From positions 151,962,001-152,026,000 of the forward strand of contig NC_083223.1 of assembly GCF_032191835.1 (NCBI RefSeq): a stretch of DNA of 64,000 bases. The letters run 5' to 3'. How positions within the stretch are numbered: position 1 is the first letter of the stretch; every line of letters starts with the position of its first letter. This DNA comes from Heteronotia binoei. Lineage: Eukaryota. Positions 10,187 through 21,706 of the stretch are shown piece after piece. Position numbers and translations under genes: made by a program. The notes beneath the pieces are model-generated. The model made no database searches. It had not been told where the DNA came from and was given only the letters and a program-made list of their open reading frames with translations.

Positions 10187-11221
10187 TCAAAGCACGAAGC
10201 CTGCTGGCCGCAGTCTGGGCCGGCCACTTGGGCACAGCTTCCTCAAAGATTCCTCCGAGATTATAGAAATGGAGGAACCCGAGTCCAGTTCCATCAGGCA
10301 GGGCTTGCCCTCGATCCTGACGGAGACCTTGATCTTGCGGGGCGTCTCATCAGGCAAGTTCATTACCTGGACGCTGGTGGAGGCTGTCGCGTAGTCTCCG
10401 GTCGACTCCTGGTTTGTTGACTGGTGGCGGCGGGGGGGGGGGGGTCTGGCATGGCAGGCCCTCGCGATGTGGCCCATCTTGCCGCAGCTCCTGCAGACCA
10501 CGTTGCAGTAGGGGCAGTCTCTTCGCTCGTGGGGGTCGCCCCAGATGGTGCACTTGGTTGAGGGTGGTTTCTCAGTTGCTCGGGGTCGCTGGGTCGCTCG
10601 TGGGCCCATCCCTGCTTGGCGGCGTAGCTGGAGTGCCTCTTCCTCCAGTCCGCCGGGGTCCATCTCTCCCTGGTGGATGGCGTCGGCTCTCATTTTGGGA
10701 AAGGTCCTCGTGGACCGCTCGAACGCTACGGCCTCATTGAAGGCGGTCTGGAGGATGAGCTCTTCCCTCGCGAATAGCTTCTGTTGCAGCCTCTCATCCC
10801 TCAGGCCCCGTGTGAAACAGTCCGCCAGGGTCTCCTCCAGCTGTGCAAAGCTGCAGTTGCCCGCGATTTGGCAGAGAGCCGCCAGGAAGTCGGCGGCCGT
10901 CTCTCCCGCCTCCTGGTCCCTCTGGTGGAAGAGGAACCGGTGGGCCACGCGTGAGGGCTGCGGCAAGAAGTGCCCGGTGAGGAGTCTGACTATCTCCTCA
11001 TAGGACTTCTCCGTGATCTTCGCAGGGGCCGAGAGACCCTTGGCGATCTCGAACGTGGCCACTCCGCAGACACTCAGCTGAACGTCCCTCTTTAGGCAGT
11101 CTTCTGTTATTCTGTTGGCTTGCAGGTAGCACTTGACCCGCTCCGTGTAGGTCTCCCACCCTTCCGGATTCGTGGGGTTGAACTCTTCAATACGGCCCAT
11201 TGTTCCGCTCTGGTTAGCCAT
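10187..11221 (-). CDS. gag: Gypsy Gag-protease (open, frameshifted relative to RT)
   Basis: 344-aa ORF with retrotransposon gag, CRSCGKMGHIARAC (CCHC knuckle), an upstream degenerate knuckle and the aspartic protease motif MELDSGSS. Confidence 0.88.
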   Translation of the reverse strand: MANQSGTMGRIEEFNPTNPEGWETYTERVKCYLQANRITEDCLKRDVQLSVCGVATFEIAKGLSAPAKITEKSYEEIVRLLTGHFLPQPSRVAHRFLFHQRDQEAGETAADFLAALCQIAGNCSFAQLEETLADCFTRGLRDERLQQKLFAREELILQTAFNEAVAFERSTRTFPKMRADAIHQGEMDPGGLEEEALQLRRQAGMGPRATQRPRATEKPPSTKCTIWGDPHERRDCPYCNVVCRSCGKMGHIARACHARPPPPRRHQSTNQESTGDYATASTSVQVMNLPDETPRKIKVSVRIEGKPCLMELDSGSSISIISEESLRKLCPSGRPRLRPAGFVL

Positions 11222-11307
11222 GGTGGCTGTGGCGGTGGTCGCCCGACGGGTTGCCTTCGAAGTCTCTGACGGATCCGCGTAGCCCTATTTAAGTTGCCTG
11301 GGCTAGG

Positions 11308-11325
11308 ATCCCATCCTCGTCGCCA
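11308..11325 (-). promoter_or_regulatory. Primer-binding site complementary to tRNA-Ser(GCU) 3' end
   Basis: Plus strand ATCCCATCCTCGTCGCCA matches the vertebrate tRNA-Ser(GCT) 3' terminus as I recall it; lies 1 nt from the LTR. Confidence 0.8.
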
Positions 11326-11326
11326 C

Positions 11327-11575
11327 TGTAATGTACTGAGAACCGAGACGGTTTGAAGGCAACATTCTTTATTGGGGAGTACATTACCAGACAAAAGAGC
11401 ACGCGGGCCGGGCCCCGCTTATATACATCGCCCGGACAGCCCCCCTGGTTTGACCAGGCCAATCCTGGTCAGTCCAAACTTCCCGCCACAGGTCTTGGTG
11501 GGCAGGGCGAATGGCGAGCTCCGGGGACCCAGGGGTCACCTTCTGTAGGGCTCACCATGCAGTACCATCTTAACA
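11327..11575 (-). repeat. 5' LTR (249 bp)
   Basis: TGTTAA...ATTACA termini, with TATATAA and AATAAA on the minus strand. Confidence 0.9.
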
Positions 11576-13072
11576 GTGTGGAAAGGCAGGAGGTAGCGCC
11601 GGGCTCAGGTGCCAATCGAGGCTTGGAAAGGCAGGAGCAAGCAGCTTCCGCTCTCTCCCAGAAAGCCCACGCTGAGTGCACTTGCTTCTCAAGCTGCAAA
11701 TTTGCGGCTCGGGGTAGGTGCAGTCTGTGCCCATGGGGCCACTGGGGGTGTGGCTTCTCCCACTGGGCAGCTGGCTTGGGGCGGGAAGAAGCCCTCCAAA
11801 CCAGGGAACCCCCCGCTCGGAATGGGAGGTTGGCAGCCCTAGACAGGCAAGGAAGTAGCAGTAATAAATCATTGACACTACAATCTCTCCTCTTGGCAGC
11901 CAGACACAAAAAATTGGCCACCATGTCCATAGTCACTTCACAACAGTTAGAGAGTAGAAAAAGTGTCTTCATATCATCAAGTTGACTTTTTTGGTCTCTC
12001 AGTAATGGCTCCAAAAACAAGACTTGGAGATCACAATAACAGGTTCAAATGCAAAAGAATATTGTTAGCCCTGCTAGTATGAATTTCTTCAAATTTCTTA
12101 CCTGAATCAGACAACTGAGGCCTGCCTGAAATGAATTTCTTCAAATTGATTCTTCAGCCGAAAGGGGCCTGAAAACGATGAGAGTTACTGAGAGCAGCTG
12201 GTGGAAAATTCCCAGGTCAAGTTGACTGTTCTGAACTCATGCAATATATGCTCAAGCAGAATCAACAGGAGACTAAAAGTCAACATGAAAAATATTGATC
12301 CCTCATTGGGACGAATGCCACAGCCCTTTTTAACTCGTCTAAAGAAGATAGGAGGGGGAGCTGGGATGGTGAGAATTAACAGATAAAGGAATTGGGGCTG
12401 GGGGTCTTAAGACTCCTCATTAGAGTTGAGACTCCTAATATTAGAGTTGTTGTTGGAGGGATTGGAAAAAGAAAAGGAATAAATCCTGTTGAAAACCTCT
12501 TTAACATGAATGTACATTGAGAGAAATCAGAAAGAGGGCAGTAAGCCAAATTTAGTTTGGGTCCCATTCTGGATGGGAGGAGGGAGAGAAAGAGAGAGAA
12601 AGGGTTAGCTTGGTTGCCAGAAGCGGCTTGCATGGACTATAAAGTTCACAGCACAATTTAGCTGACACACACACAGCTTGCTTTACAGAGATTCAATACA
12701 AAATACATTGAACCATATAGAATATTAATATTAGAGGTCATTTTAATTCTACAAAAGTTGTTCATTATTGAGGAAATGATTATGGAGATGTTCAATAGAA
12801 GGATGTGACTAATTAAAAGGTAATTAGAAGGACTGGGAGTGATGCCAAAGCATCGAGGATAAGATTTTTGAGGAGGACTTTTAAATTCAATGCATTTTAA
12901 TGGTGAATCCTTAAGCATTAAGACAAATACATACATATTGATTATATGGGTATAGATTTATAACATTGGTTCACTATTTTTGGTATTTAAAATCACATTT
13001 TCTATCTCACATTGTCTTAGTCAGGAAAGGGGTCTTAGGCCTCCAACAGCATAAAATCAGTTTACTCATTCT

Positions 13073-13528
13073 TGTGAAGTTATGTTCTTGGCAGATGGAT
13101 GTGGTCTAGGCTTAGAAAAGGGCCAGAATTGTCATATTCAAAATGGATTCTGTTGTGTCCTAGGCTCAAATGGGAGAACTGTTACTTTTGGAGGAAACTG
13201 TTACTTTTGGAGGGAAGCTGAACAAGCCAAAGCTTGTACTCCACACCAGGGTTCCAGAGAAGGCCTAAGCGTGCCCAATCAGGGGAAGGATTGAAACATA
13301 AGTAGCCAATCAACATCTAGGCTCATACTGTACCCTGATAGGCCCTTAGGCCCCTGTAAATAGCCAATCCATGTAGATAGTTAAGGACCAATCAGAAGGG
13401 GGCAAGAATTGTATAAAAGAGCGGGAAGTTTGAATAGAGCTCAGTCTGTGTGTGTGTTCCTGAAGTAAAGCTTGCTGAAATCACTCTCCGACTCTGGTCT
13501 CTTACTGCGCCGACCTCAGTACTTTACA
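13073..13528 (+). mobile_element. Solo LTR (456 bp)
   Basis: TGTGAAGT...ACTTTACA inverted termini, several CCAAT boxes, TATAAAA and AGTAAA. Flanks CATTCT / GATTCT. Confidence 0.75.
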
Positions 13529-14254
13529 GATTCTGTGGATGGAGTTTTTAACAATCAGGAGTAGAGCCAAAGTAAGGATGTGGACCTTACCCCCCCCCCC
13601 CCCAAGTCAGGATGACAATTGGCAGGGAAAAGATAGTGTCGACGTGGAAGGGACTGTTTGCAGAGATGAGTAACGACTTTTAGAGCCAAAGAGTTGACCC
13701 CTCATTTTGGATTGGTTGAATGGGATGGGCAGATACTTATTGGAGGTGGATAAAAAGAGGAGTAGCAGACCAATAAATCAGAACAAGCCTAATAAGGTCT
13801 CGTTTCCTTCCACCAGTCCCTTGCTGCCACCATTTCCCCTGATGTACTATAGGATGCCCTTTTTAAATTAAAAAAGGGAAATTGTTATAAAAGTATTATA
13901 CCATTTATTGATTTTTAGAAAATGCCTTCCAGGAGCAAAGGGGGAGGAAATGCACAGAATATAGCAGCTGATGAAACAAGTGTGCAGAAAGTTCTTGTGT
14001 GTATGCTCCATTGCCAATGCGTATGCCTCTGTGTTCATAGTGGTGATGAATGCAAAACAGAAAATCCTCACTATGCGGATGCTGCCTGTCTTGTTTGCCT
14101 TCTAGGGTTAATAGCAGCACAGTGTGGGTGCATGTGGTGATAAGTTTCACTCTACAAAACTGTGCAGGGGAAGGACTGAAATCCCATCTTCCCGTGTTGC
14201 ACTCCTAGGCCAAACTGGGTGCAAATGTGACTGTATGGGATAGAAAACGTAGAG

Positions 14255-14711
14255 AAAGAAGTACTTCTCTCCCTTTCTCACAATACAAGAACTCATGGAC
14301 ATTCAATGAAATTGCTGAGTAGTTGGACATTCAATGAAATTGCTGAGTAGTCAGGTTAGAACTGATAAAAGGAAGTACTTCTTCACCCAAAGGGTGATTA
14401 ACACATGGAATCCACTGCCACAGAAGGTGGTGGTGGCTGCAAGCACAGACAGCTTCAAGAGGGGATTGGATAAACATATGGAGCAGAGGTCCATCAGTGG
14501 TTATTAGCCACAGCGTATTGTTAGAACTCTCTGAGGCAGTGATGCTCTGTATTCTTGGAGGTTGGGGGGGGCACAGTGGAAGGGCTTCTAGTGTCCTGGT
14601 CCCACTGATGGACCTCCTGACAGCGCCTGGTTTTTTTGGCCACTGTGCGACAGAGTGTTGGACAGGATAGGCCATTGGCCTGATCCAACATGGCTTCTCT
14701 TATGTTCTTAT
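14255..14711 (+). mobile_element. CR1 LINE 3' end
   Basis: RT C-terminal and 3'UTR homology to 58946-59277, with a (TTCTTATG)-type tail and an internal duplication of TGGACATTCAATGAAATTGCTGAGTAG at about 14296-14352. Confidence 0.88.
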
Positions 14712-14754
14712 TGTCAAGCAAGGAATGAAGTGCGCTTGTTTAGAAATAGTATTT

Positions 14755-16664
14755 TTATGTACTGCCCCCCCTAAGCCCCTCTCTGGGATATTTAGGATAT
14801 TTAACATAGAATTGTTTAATCAGCGCTGGCGCTCTCACATTGGAGCTAATTACCCACTCATCGTGTGCTGTTGAGAAATGTTTCCATCTTATTAGAAAAT
14901 ACAATACATCCTGCTTCAGTTTTGCATCTAAGATCTCTCTTACTTCATGGTGATTCTGATCCCTCACTGGTATAGGTTCGAGAGCTTGGGGTTGGGGGTG
15001 CCAAGATGTGGCTCCAGGATCCCTCCAAAGTAAACTACAATGAAAGATTGGATGTATCTTACTAAACAGTTTGGGTAATTCAAGTTCTACAGTCACTTTA
15101 TTGATTACTCGTTTAATACGGAACAGTCCCCAAAACTTTTATACCAGTTTTTTAGAAGTTTGTGGTAAAGGCAAGTTCTTGGTAGAGAGGAACACTGTAT
15201 CTCCTACTTTAAAATCCCAAGCAGGAGAATGGTGCTTATCATAATGTTTTTTATCGTTCTCTTTAGCCAATTCCAGATTTTCCTGGATGTTGTTCCAAGC
15301 CTTCCCCAACTTTCCCCACCATTGCTGAAAAGTTGAAGGTAGTGCAGGCATCGTTCCCCCTGGGAGTAGCAGAAAGGGTTTCCCTTCATACCCATTCACT
15401 ACCAAAAAGGGGGAGGACTTGGTGGAGCTGTGTATGCTGTTATTATATCCATATTTGGCAAATGGGAGTAATTCTGCCCAGTTCTATTGCTGATAGTTCA
15501 CAAAGCATCTTAAGTATTGCTCCAACAGCGCATTTATTAGTTCCGTCTGGCCGTCCGTTTGGGGATGGTACGCGAAACTCAAGCCCTGCTTAATCCCAGT
15601 TAGTTTACAAAACTCCTGCCAGAAGTTGGAAATGAACTGGATGCCCCTGTCACTAATTAGCTTATTCGGGAATGAGTGTAGTTTCACCACGTGTTGGAAG
15701 AATAGTTGCACTAGTCTTTTAGCAGTGGGTATTTGAGAGCAAGGAATAAAGTGTGCTTGTTTAGAAAAAGTATCCACTACTACCAGAAGTACGGTCTTTT
15801 CATGGGAAGGGGGAAGTTCCACAATGAAATCCAATGATACTATCGACCACGGTCTGGTGGCTGTTTCCGGTGGCTGTAATAATCCTGGGGGCTTCTCCCC
15901 CTTCTCTTAGCCATCAAGCATATTGGACAAGAAGCCACATAATTGGAGACGTCTTTTTTCATAAAAGACCACCAAAATTGTCTATTCACAAGATGCAGGG
16001 TTTTTACATACCCGAAGTGCCCCGATAGCTTGCTGTCATGACACATTTGGAGCACCTCCTTCTGGAGGCTCTCTGGCATGTAGAGTTTACTGTCCTTGTA
16101 CCAGAAAGCCCCCTCTCCTTTCTTTACCCCTTCGGGTATAGCATCTGCTTCCTTTCCCACTTCAGCAATTAGTCTTTCTCCCCCCCATTTCTCTACCAGT
16201 TTTTCGCGCTTTGTTTGGGAGTGGGTAGTTACCACTCCCCCTAACTGGCTGGGAGAGATGAGTGAGTCTATCACTTCCTCCCTTTGACTATTATGCTGAG
16301 GGAGTCTGGATAATGCATATCCTGGGATATGTTTCAGTTTAAAATCAAATTTTGCAAAGAATCCTGCCCACTGGATCTGTTTCTCAGTCAATTTTCTGCA
16401 GCCCATCAGAGCTTCCAGATTTTTATGATCTGTCCATATTTCAAAAGGAACCCTCACCAAGAGCGCCATGTTTTCAGGGCGAACGTTACAGCAAACGCTT
16501 CTTTGTCCCACACTGACCAATTCCTCTGATCTTGAGAGAATTTCTTAGAGATGTAAGCGCATGGTTTTAAGGACCTCCTCTCATCTGGTTGGATGAGAAT
16601 GGCCCCCACAGCGACATCGCTAGCGTCACATTGAACCACAAAAGGTTTTAATTCATTAGGGTGA
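14755..16664 (-). pseudogene. pol: Chromovirus RNase H, integrase and chromodomain (fragmented)
   Basis: VQCDASDVAVGAIL, WTDHKNL, CHDSKLSGHFG..CPIC (IN zinc finger), MDFIVELP, SDRGIQF, YHPQTDGQTE and EVREILDAK..YFLIRWKHF..DEW (chromodomain). Confidence 0.9.
14762..14783 (-). promoter_or_regulatory. Polypurine tract
   Basis: Minus strand GAGAGGGGCTTAGGGGGGGCAG at the end of the chromodomain ORF. Confidence 0.65.
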
Positions 16665-18617
16665 TTTTTTTTTTCATTTTTAAAAATTTATTATTCCAGA
16701 CATAACATACATACATTACCACGTAATTCTAGCATACTATACAACATACATCTTCTAACTCTTGCACCCACACCTACCACCCTTCCACCCATCCATACAA
16801 GAAGCTTAAAGGGTATTACTATTATACAGTTTCAATTTTCTCATATCAATTCCCAAGTTTCTGGCCCAAACATATATTGGTTCCCATGTCTTTCTACATT
16901 CTTGTAAATTTCCATCTCTTAACGTTTTGGTCAGTGTATCCATTTCAGCGGCTTCAAATAATTTTAATAAAAATTCTTCTCTATCAGGTATTTTGGCAAC
17001 TTTCCAGTATTTTGCATATAGAATTCTAGCGACCGTAATTATATGAAGTAATAGTTTTTTCTCCATTTTGGGAATACTCTCTTTACATATACTCAATAAA
17101 TACAGTTCCGGTGCATGTTGGAATCTTATTTTAAAAAAAAAATTTGGCTCCAGATATTAATCTGGGTCTGGTATTTTTTGGCATGTTCGCACTGCCACCA
17201 TATGTGGTATAGTGACCCCTTAATTTTTCTACATTTCCAGCATTAGTTTGAGTAGTTCGGATATATTTTAGCCAACCTTTCTGGGGTAAGATACCAGTGG
17301 TACATCATTTTGTATAAATTTTCTTTGAAAACCGAGGATTTTGTCAACTTTACATTTTGTTTCCAAAGTTTTTTCCATTCCGCCAAATCATTAGAAAATC
17401 CAAAGTCTTCTAACCATGTTATCCAACTCTCTTTCACTGTTTCATCTTGCATTTTAATTTGGAGTAGCCAATTATATATTTTTGAGATAAGTTTCTGATT
17501 ATCTTGAATTAATGTATCAAATTCGTTTAGAGTTTTGGAAAAACCTAATTCTTTATTCGATTGATATCTTGACTTAACCTGACATCTAACCCACCAGTCC
17601 AATTTTACGTTGTCATCTAATTTCAAGTTATTCTCCTTATCCAGCAATAGGCCATAATTATAATTAGTTCCCCAATCGTATAAATTTGGATGCGTAGAAG
17701 CCTCTACCAGAGATAACCAAGCTGGTGTATAAGTATAAAGCACATTTATAACCTCTATCCATGCGCTGTATATCGACTTCCTTATCTCATGTCTTAAAAA
17801 AATATTGTTTCTCTGAGGAGTCTTATATCAAATATAATCATGCCAACCTTTGACTAATCCTGCCCCTTCAAGTATTAACAATCTTTTATTTTCCAATACA
17901 AGCCAATCTTTTACCCATACTAAACAGCATGCTTTGTAGTATAGTCTCCATTCAGGTAATGCAAACCCTCCTCTTAGTTTGCTTTCTTGCAAAACTTTTA
18001 ATTTTATTCTCGGGTTTTTATTCTGCCAGATAAATGACATAGCCATTTTGTTGAGTTGTTGAAAAAAGGTTCTTGGTAAGATAATTGGAATCATCTGAAA
18101 CAGAAATAAAACTCTAGGTAATACATTCATTTTGATTGTTGCCACTCGCCCCAAGAGTGAGATTTGCAGGTCTCTCCATCTATCTAGGTCAATTCTAATT
18201 TCTTTTAAAAAAATTTCATAATTGTCTCGTTGTAGTGTCTTCAAATCGTTCGTTAAATAAATACCTAAATATTTTATTTTATTTTCAAGCTTAAACCCCG
18301 ATCTCCTTTCTAATTGCTCAATTTGCTCCTTACTCATATTTTTGGTCAAAAATTTGGTTTTTTGTACATTAACTTTGAATCCTGATACCTCTCCATATTG
18401 TTTTAATTTTTCCTTCAGATGTCCAATAGAAGAATTGGGGTCTTCTAATATAAATAATAAATCATCTGCAAAGACCTGAATTTTAAACTCTTCATTTTTA
18501 ATTTTTGCACCCCTAACTTCAGCATCCTCTCTTATTGTCTTTGTTAAAAATTCCAAAGTTAGGACAAAAAGTAAGGGAGACAAGGGACATCCTTGCCTAG
18601 TTCCTTGTACTATGTCT
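16665..18617 (-). mobile_element. 5'-truncated L1 (ORF2 RT C-half, Cys-rich tail, 3'UTR, polyA) inserted in the chromovirus RNase H
   Basis: [18 protein letters not shown] and CWKC...HIWWQC. Poly-T at 16665-16682 on plus. 14-bp TSD ATTCATT(A/G)GGGTGA at 16651-16664 and 18618-18631. Confidence 0.93.
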
Positions 18618-20132
18618 ATTCATTGGGGTGAATTAAAATGGATTCACTGGTGAACAGTTTCTTCAATTTATTAAAAGCTTCCTGACAATTCTCTGTCCAA
18701 TTTAATTTTGCTCCTGGCCTTTTGGGCTCTGGACCCTTCCCCTTTGTTTTAAGGTCTGTCAAGGGGAGCATGGTGTGTGCAAATCCCTGTATAAAATTAC
18801 GATAACAATTTGCGAGTCCGAGGAAGGATTGGAGCTGTCTATGTGTCCTTGGGGGTTCCCAATCCAGTACCACTTGTATTTTGGTGGGGTCCATTGCCAA
18901 GCCCTTCCCTGATACTCGGTAACCCAAGTAATCCAATTCAGTCTTATGGAACTCACACTTGGATAATTTTGCATACAGTTGGTTCTCATAGAGGATTGTC
19001 AGGACTTCCCTCACTAACTTCACATGGGAGGGAAGGTCTTTGGAATAAATAATTATATCATCCAGGTACACCACTACCCATCGGTATAAATATTTCCACA
19101 AGACTTCATTTATAAAGTTCATGAAAACTCCCAGGGCCGCTTGTAATCCGAATGGTATTATTGATATTCAAATTGTCCTATCGGCATGTTAAATGCTGTC
19201 TTCCATTCATCCCTTTATGCGCACCCGGAAGTAAGAGTCTCTTAAATCCAGCTTGGTGAAAATCTTTCCCTCTGACATGGTGCTTAACAAATCTTTTATT
19301 AGGGGGATGAGGTACGCATTCGAGGTTGAAATCACGTTAATCCCATGAAAATCCGTACATAGCCTGAGCCCCCCATCTTTCTTCTTCCTAAATAGGATGG
19401 GGGCAGAGTGGGGGGCCGTAGCCGGTCTGATAAATCCCCATTTAAAATTATTGTCTAGGAACTTGCGGAGTTCTGCTTTCTCAGCCCATCCCATACAGTA
19501 TAGTTTAGCTTGAGAGAGGCTCTGCCCTGGAATCAATTCTATTGCACAGTCCGTATCTCAGTGGGTGGGGGGAGCTCATTCACTTCTTCTTCACTAAACA
19601 CTTGTTTTAAATCCCTGTACTCATGTGGGATTGATTTCACCTCTTCTATAGTGAAACATAGCTTTTCATTTAGTGGGGGTGGTTCCAGACCCCACTCCTC
19701 ATTCCATTGGTGAAACTCACATCTCCCATCTCTAAAGTCAATGATTTGGTCCTCCCATTTTATGTTGGGTTCATGTCTGGCCAACCATCCAACTCCCAGA
19801 ACAATGTCAAATGATTAAAAGGGGGCTACAACAAAAATTTCTGTATCCCAGTGGTCCTCTATCCCTATCGGCACCCCTTGCGTTTGCTCTGTACACGGTT
19901 CCCCCTTCATCACTGTCCCATCCATTTGCTCAAATTGTATAGGGTGGGGGAGAGGACTCATAGAGAGTCCAAGTGCTTCCACTAATTTGGGTGTGATTAT
20001 GTCTCTGGTGCACCCAAAATCTAGTAGTGCCCAGGCATGTATAAAACATTTGAGGCTAGAGTTTAATAAAGTCAGTGGGATGAAAAACAAGGTTCCCGTA
20101 ATTCTCACCCTCAGCAGTGCCATTAATTCCAT
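18618..20132 (-). pseudogene. pol: Chromovirus protease and RT (fragmented)
   Basis: ALLDFGCT, KKDGGLRLCTDF, KLDLRDSY and VVYLDDII. Confidence 0.9.
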
Positions 20133-20236
20133 GACCTGCTGCTTGGCACCTCTCAGTGAAGGTTGCCCTCGTTTCCCGCCAGCTCGTCTTCCCAGGTGTC
20201 TTCTCCCAGCTCGTCAACAATGATGATTTCCTCCTC

Positions 20237-21184
20237 TCATGGAGTTGCGGACGCTGAGCTGCCTTTGGCTGTGTCTTTTGCTCTCCCCTTCGCTTTTTTC
20301 GCCTTGGGTGCGCTGGTATTTGGAGTGAGGGGGGCCTCGAGGCTATTCAGGGTAGTTGGCCGCCATATGGTTTGTGTCACCGCACCAAAAGCAGCATCTA
20401 GGGGTGGCTGGTTTAGTTGCTCCCCCAGATTGGCTTGCTTTCCGCCCTTCTGCTTTTGCCCCTTACCCCCTTGCTGCTGTTGATGCTGGAGAGCCACTCT
20501 CTTCATATTGGTTTCCACCTCACCCGCCAGTTACACCCACCCTACCAGCATGGTAGGGCAAGCCTGTTGGAGGCCTCGATCCAGTATGCTGGAATTCAGG
20601 CCCCTCTGGAACTGCTCGATCTACATTTGCTCATTCCACCCTTGTACTATGGCCACACTAGCTCGGAACTCGGTGGTGTACTCTCACACGGCTTTGGGCC
20701 CCTGTTGTAGGTCCCTCAGGGTGGTCAGAGCTCAGGTCTCTTGCAACGGGTCTTCATACTGCATCAGTAGGATTTGTAGGAATGCCACTACCATGTCTAG
20801 TTCGGGACTCCTAGTCTCATACAGGCTTACATACCATCTGTTGGCAGCCCCCTTCAGTTTTGAGCCCAAGTAGTCCACTCTGCTCAGTTCATCTGGGAAG
20901 GTGCGCCCCCAGTAGAACATAAAGCTGTTGGCTTGTATTGGAAAATACTCATTCTCTTCAGGATCTCCATCGAATGTGGCAACCAGCTCCCGGCCTCGCC
21001 CATAATCCGTCGGGGTTATGATCAGTCGCTGTATGTGCAGCGGAGACCCTCTCCCTGCCGGCCTCCTGGCATCAAGTACGTGCCACGGAGGTTGTCTTGG
21101 GGCTGTGTCGGGTCTTTGATCCTCACCAATTGGTCGTTCTGGGTTTTCAGGGGCTTCTCCATTCTCTGGAGCTCTCTCCGCCAT
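20237..21184 (-). pseudogene. gag: Chromovirus gag (sushi-like), fragmented
   Basis: FDGDPEE..F..QANSFM..WG..FPDE..RVDYLGSKLKGAA.RWY, typical of sushi-type gag. Confidence 0.8.
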
Positions 21185-21225
21185 TTGGGTAGAAAGTTTC
21201 CAATTCGGTTACGTCTCCAAGTAAG

Positions 21226-21236
21226 ATTACTCCCAA
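21226..21236 (-). promoter_or_regulatory. Self-priming PBS (TTGGGAGTAAT on the element strand)
   Basis: Perfectly complementary to 21334-21344 inside the LTR; lies 2 nt from the LTR; does not begin with a canonical tRNA-type TGG at the LTR edge. Confidence 0.75.
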
Positions 21237-21238
21237 AA

Positions 21239-21706
21239 TGTCAAGCGTCGATATTTCTCCTTAAGCAGTCTTTTGTTTTAAATCAAAGCTGTTTTATTAA
21301 AGAAACTCAGAAGCTGTATCAAGGACACAAACCTTGGGAGTAATGGCATATAAAGAGTTACACATTTGCTATATAGGATAACTTCAAAGGTTACATTACA
21401 GATGAATACTTGAGTCACGGGTTCAAAGATTGCCAAACACTATCTCTTTTCTTACTAAGGAATTTAGGCTACTAAAAACATCTCCCATTCTCACACTTCT
21501 CCAGCAGAAGATAAGGACTGTCTGTATGAACCTGTGGGAGAGGCGACTTGAAAGTGGTACCAGCCAGGCTGCAGCATAAACATCCTTGGGCCAGATGGAT
21601 TTATTACTTGCCCCATGGTCGTAAGGAGAGGGGGGAGCAGTAAAGAGCGGGAGATCTGCTCTGTGTCTAAGAACCCATTATGTTACAGAAATAAGCATGC
21701 TTGACA
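21239..21706 (-). repeat. 5' LTR of the chromovirus (468 bp)
   Basis: TGTCAAGC...GCTTGACA. TATATAG at 21375-21369 and AATAAA at 21298-21293 on the minus strand. Confidence 0.9.

Larger units (their letters stand above)
9783..11575 (-). mobile_element. Ty3/Gypsy LTR retrotransposon, 5' portion only (Mag-like architecture)
   Basis: 5' LTR, tRNA PBS, gag with zinc knuckles, protease and RT N-terminus. Breaks off after WETP. Clade assignment is tentative. Confidence 0.9.
9239..11841. mobile_element. hAT-type MITE with internal hairpin repeats, interrupted by a Gypsy fragment
   Basis: TIRs TAGGGTTGCCA / TGGCAGCCCTA. TSD GACAAGCA (9231-9238) vs GACAGGCA (11842-11849). Confidence 0.82.
14712..21706 (-). 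mobile_element. Ty3/Gypsy chromovirus (Tf1/sushi group), decayed, 3' LTR almost entirely lost
   Basis: Outer termini TGTCAAGC / GCTTGACA and a perfect 5-bp TSD CTTAT (14707-14711 and 21707-21711). Domain order gag-PR-RT-RH-IN-chromodomain. Confidence 0.93.

Noticed and set aside
10163-11985. Plus-strand ORFs of 85-210 aa over the Gypsy and MITE
   Set aside because: Antisense shadows of GC-rich gag/LTR sequence.
12079-12150. Duplicated ATGAATTTCTTCAAATT
   Set aside because: A single 17-bp direct repeat with no other hallmark; too weak to call as a TSD.
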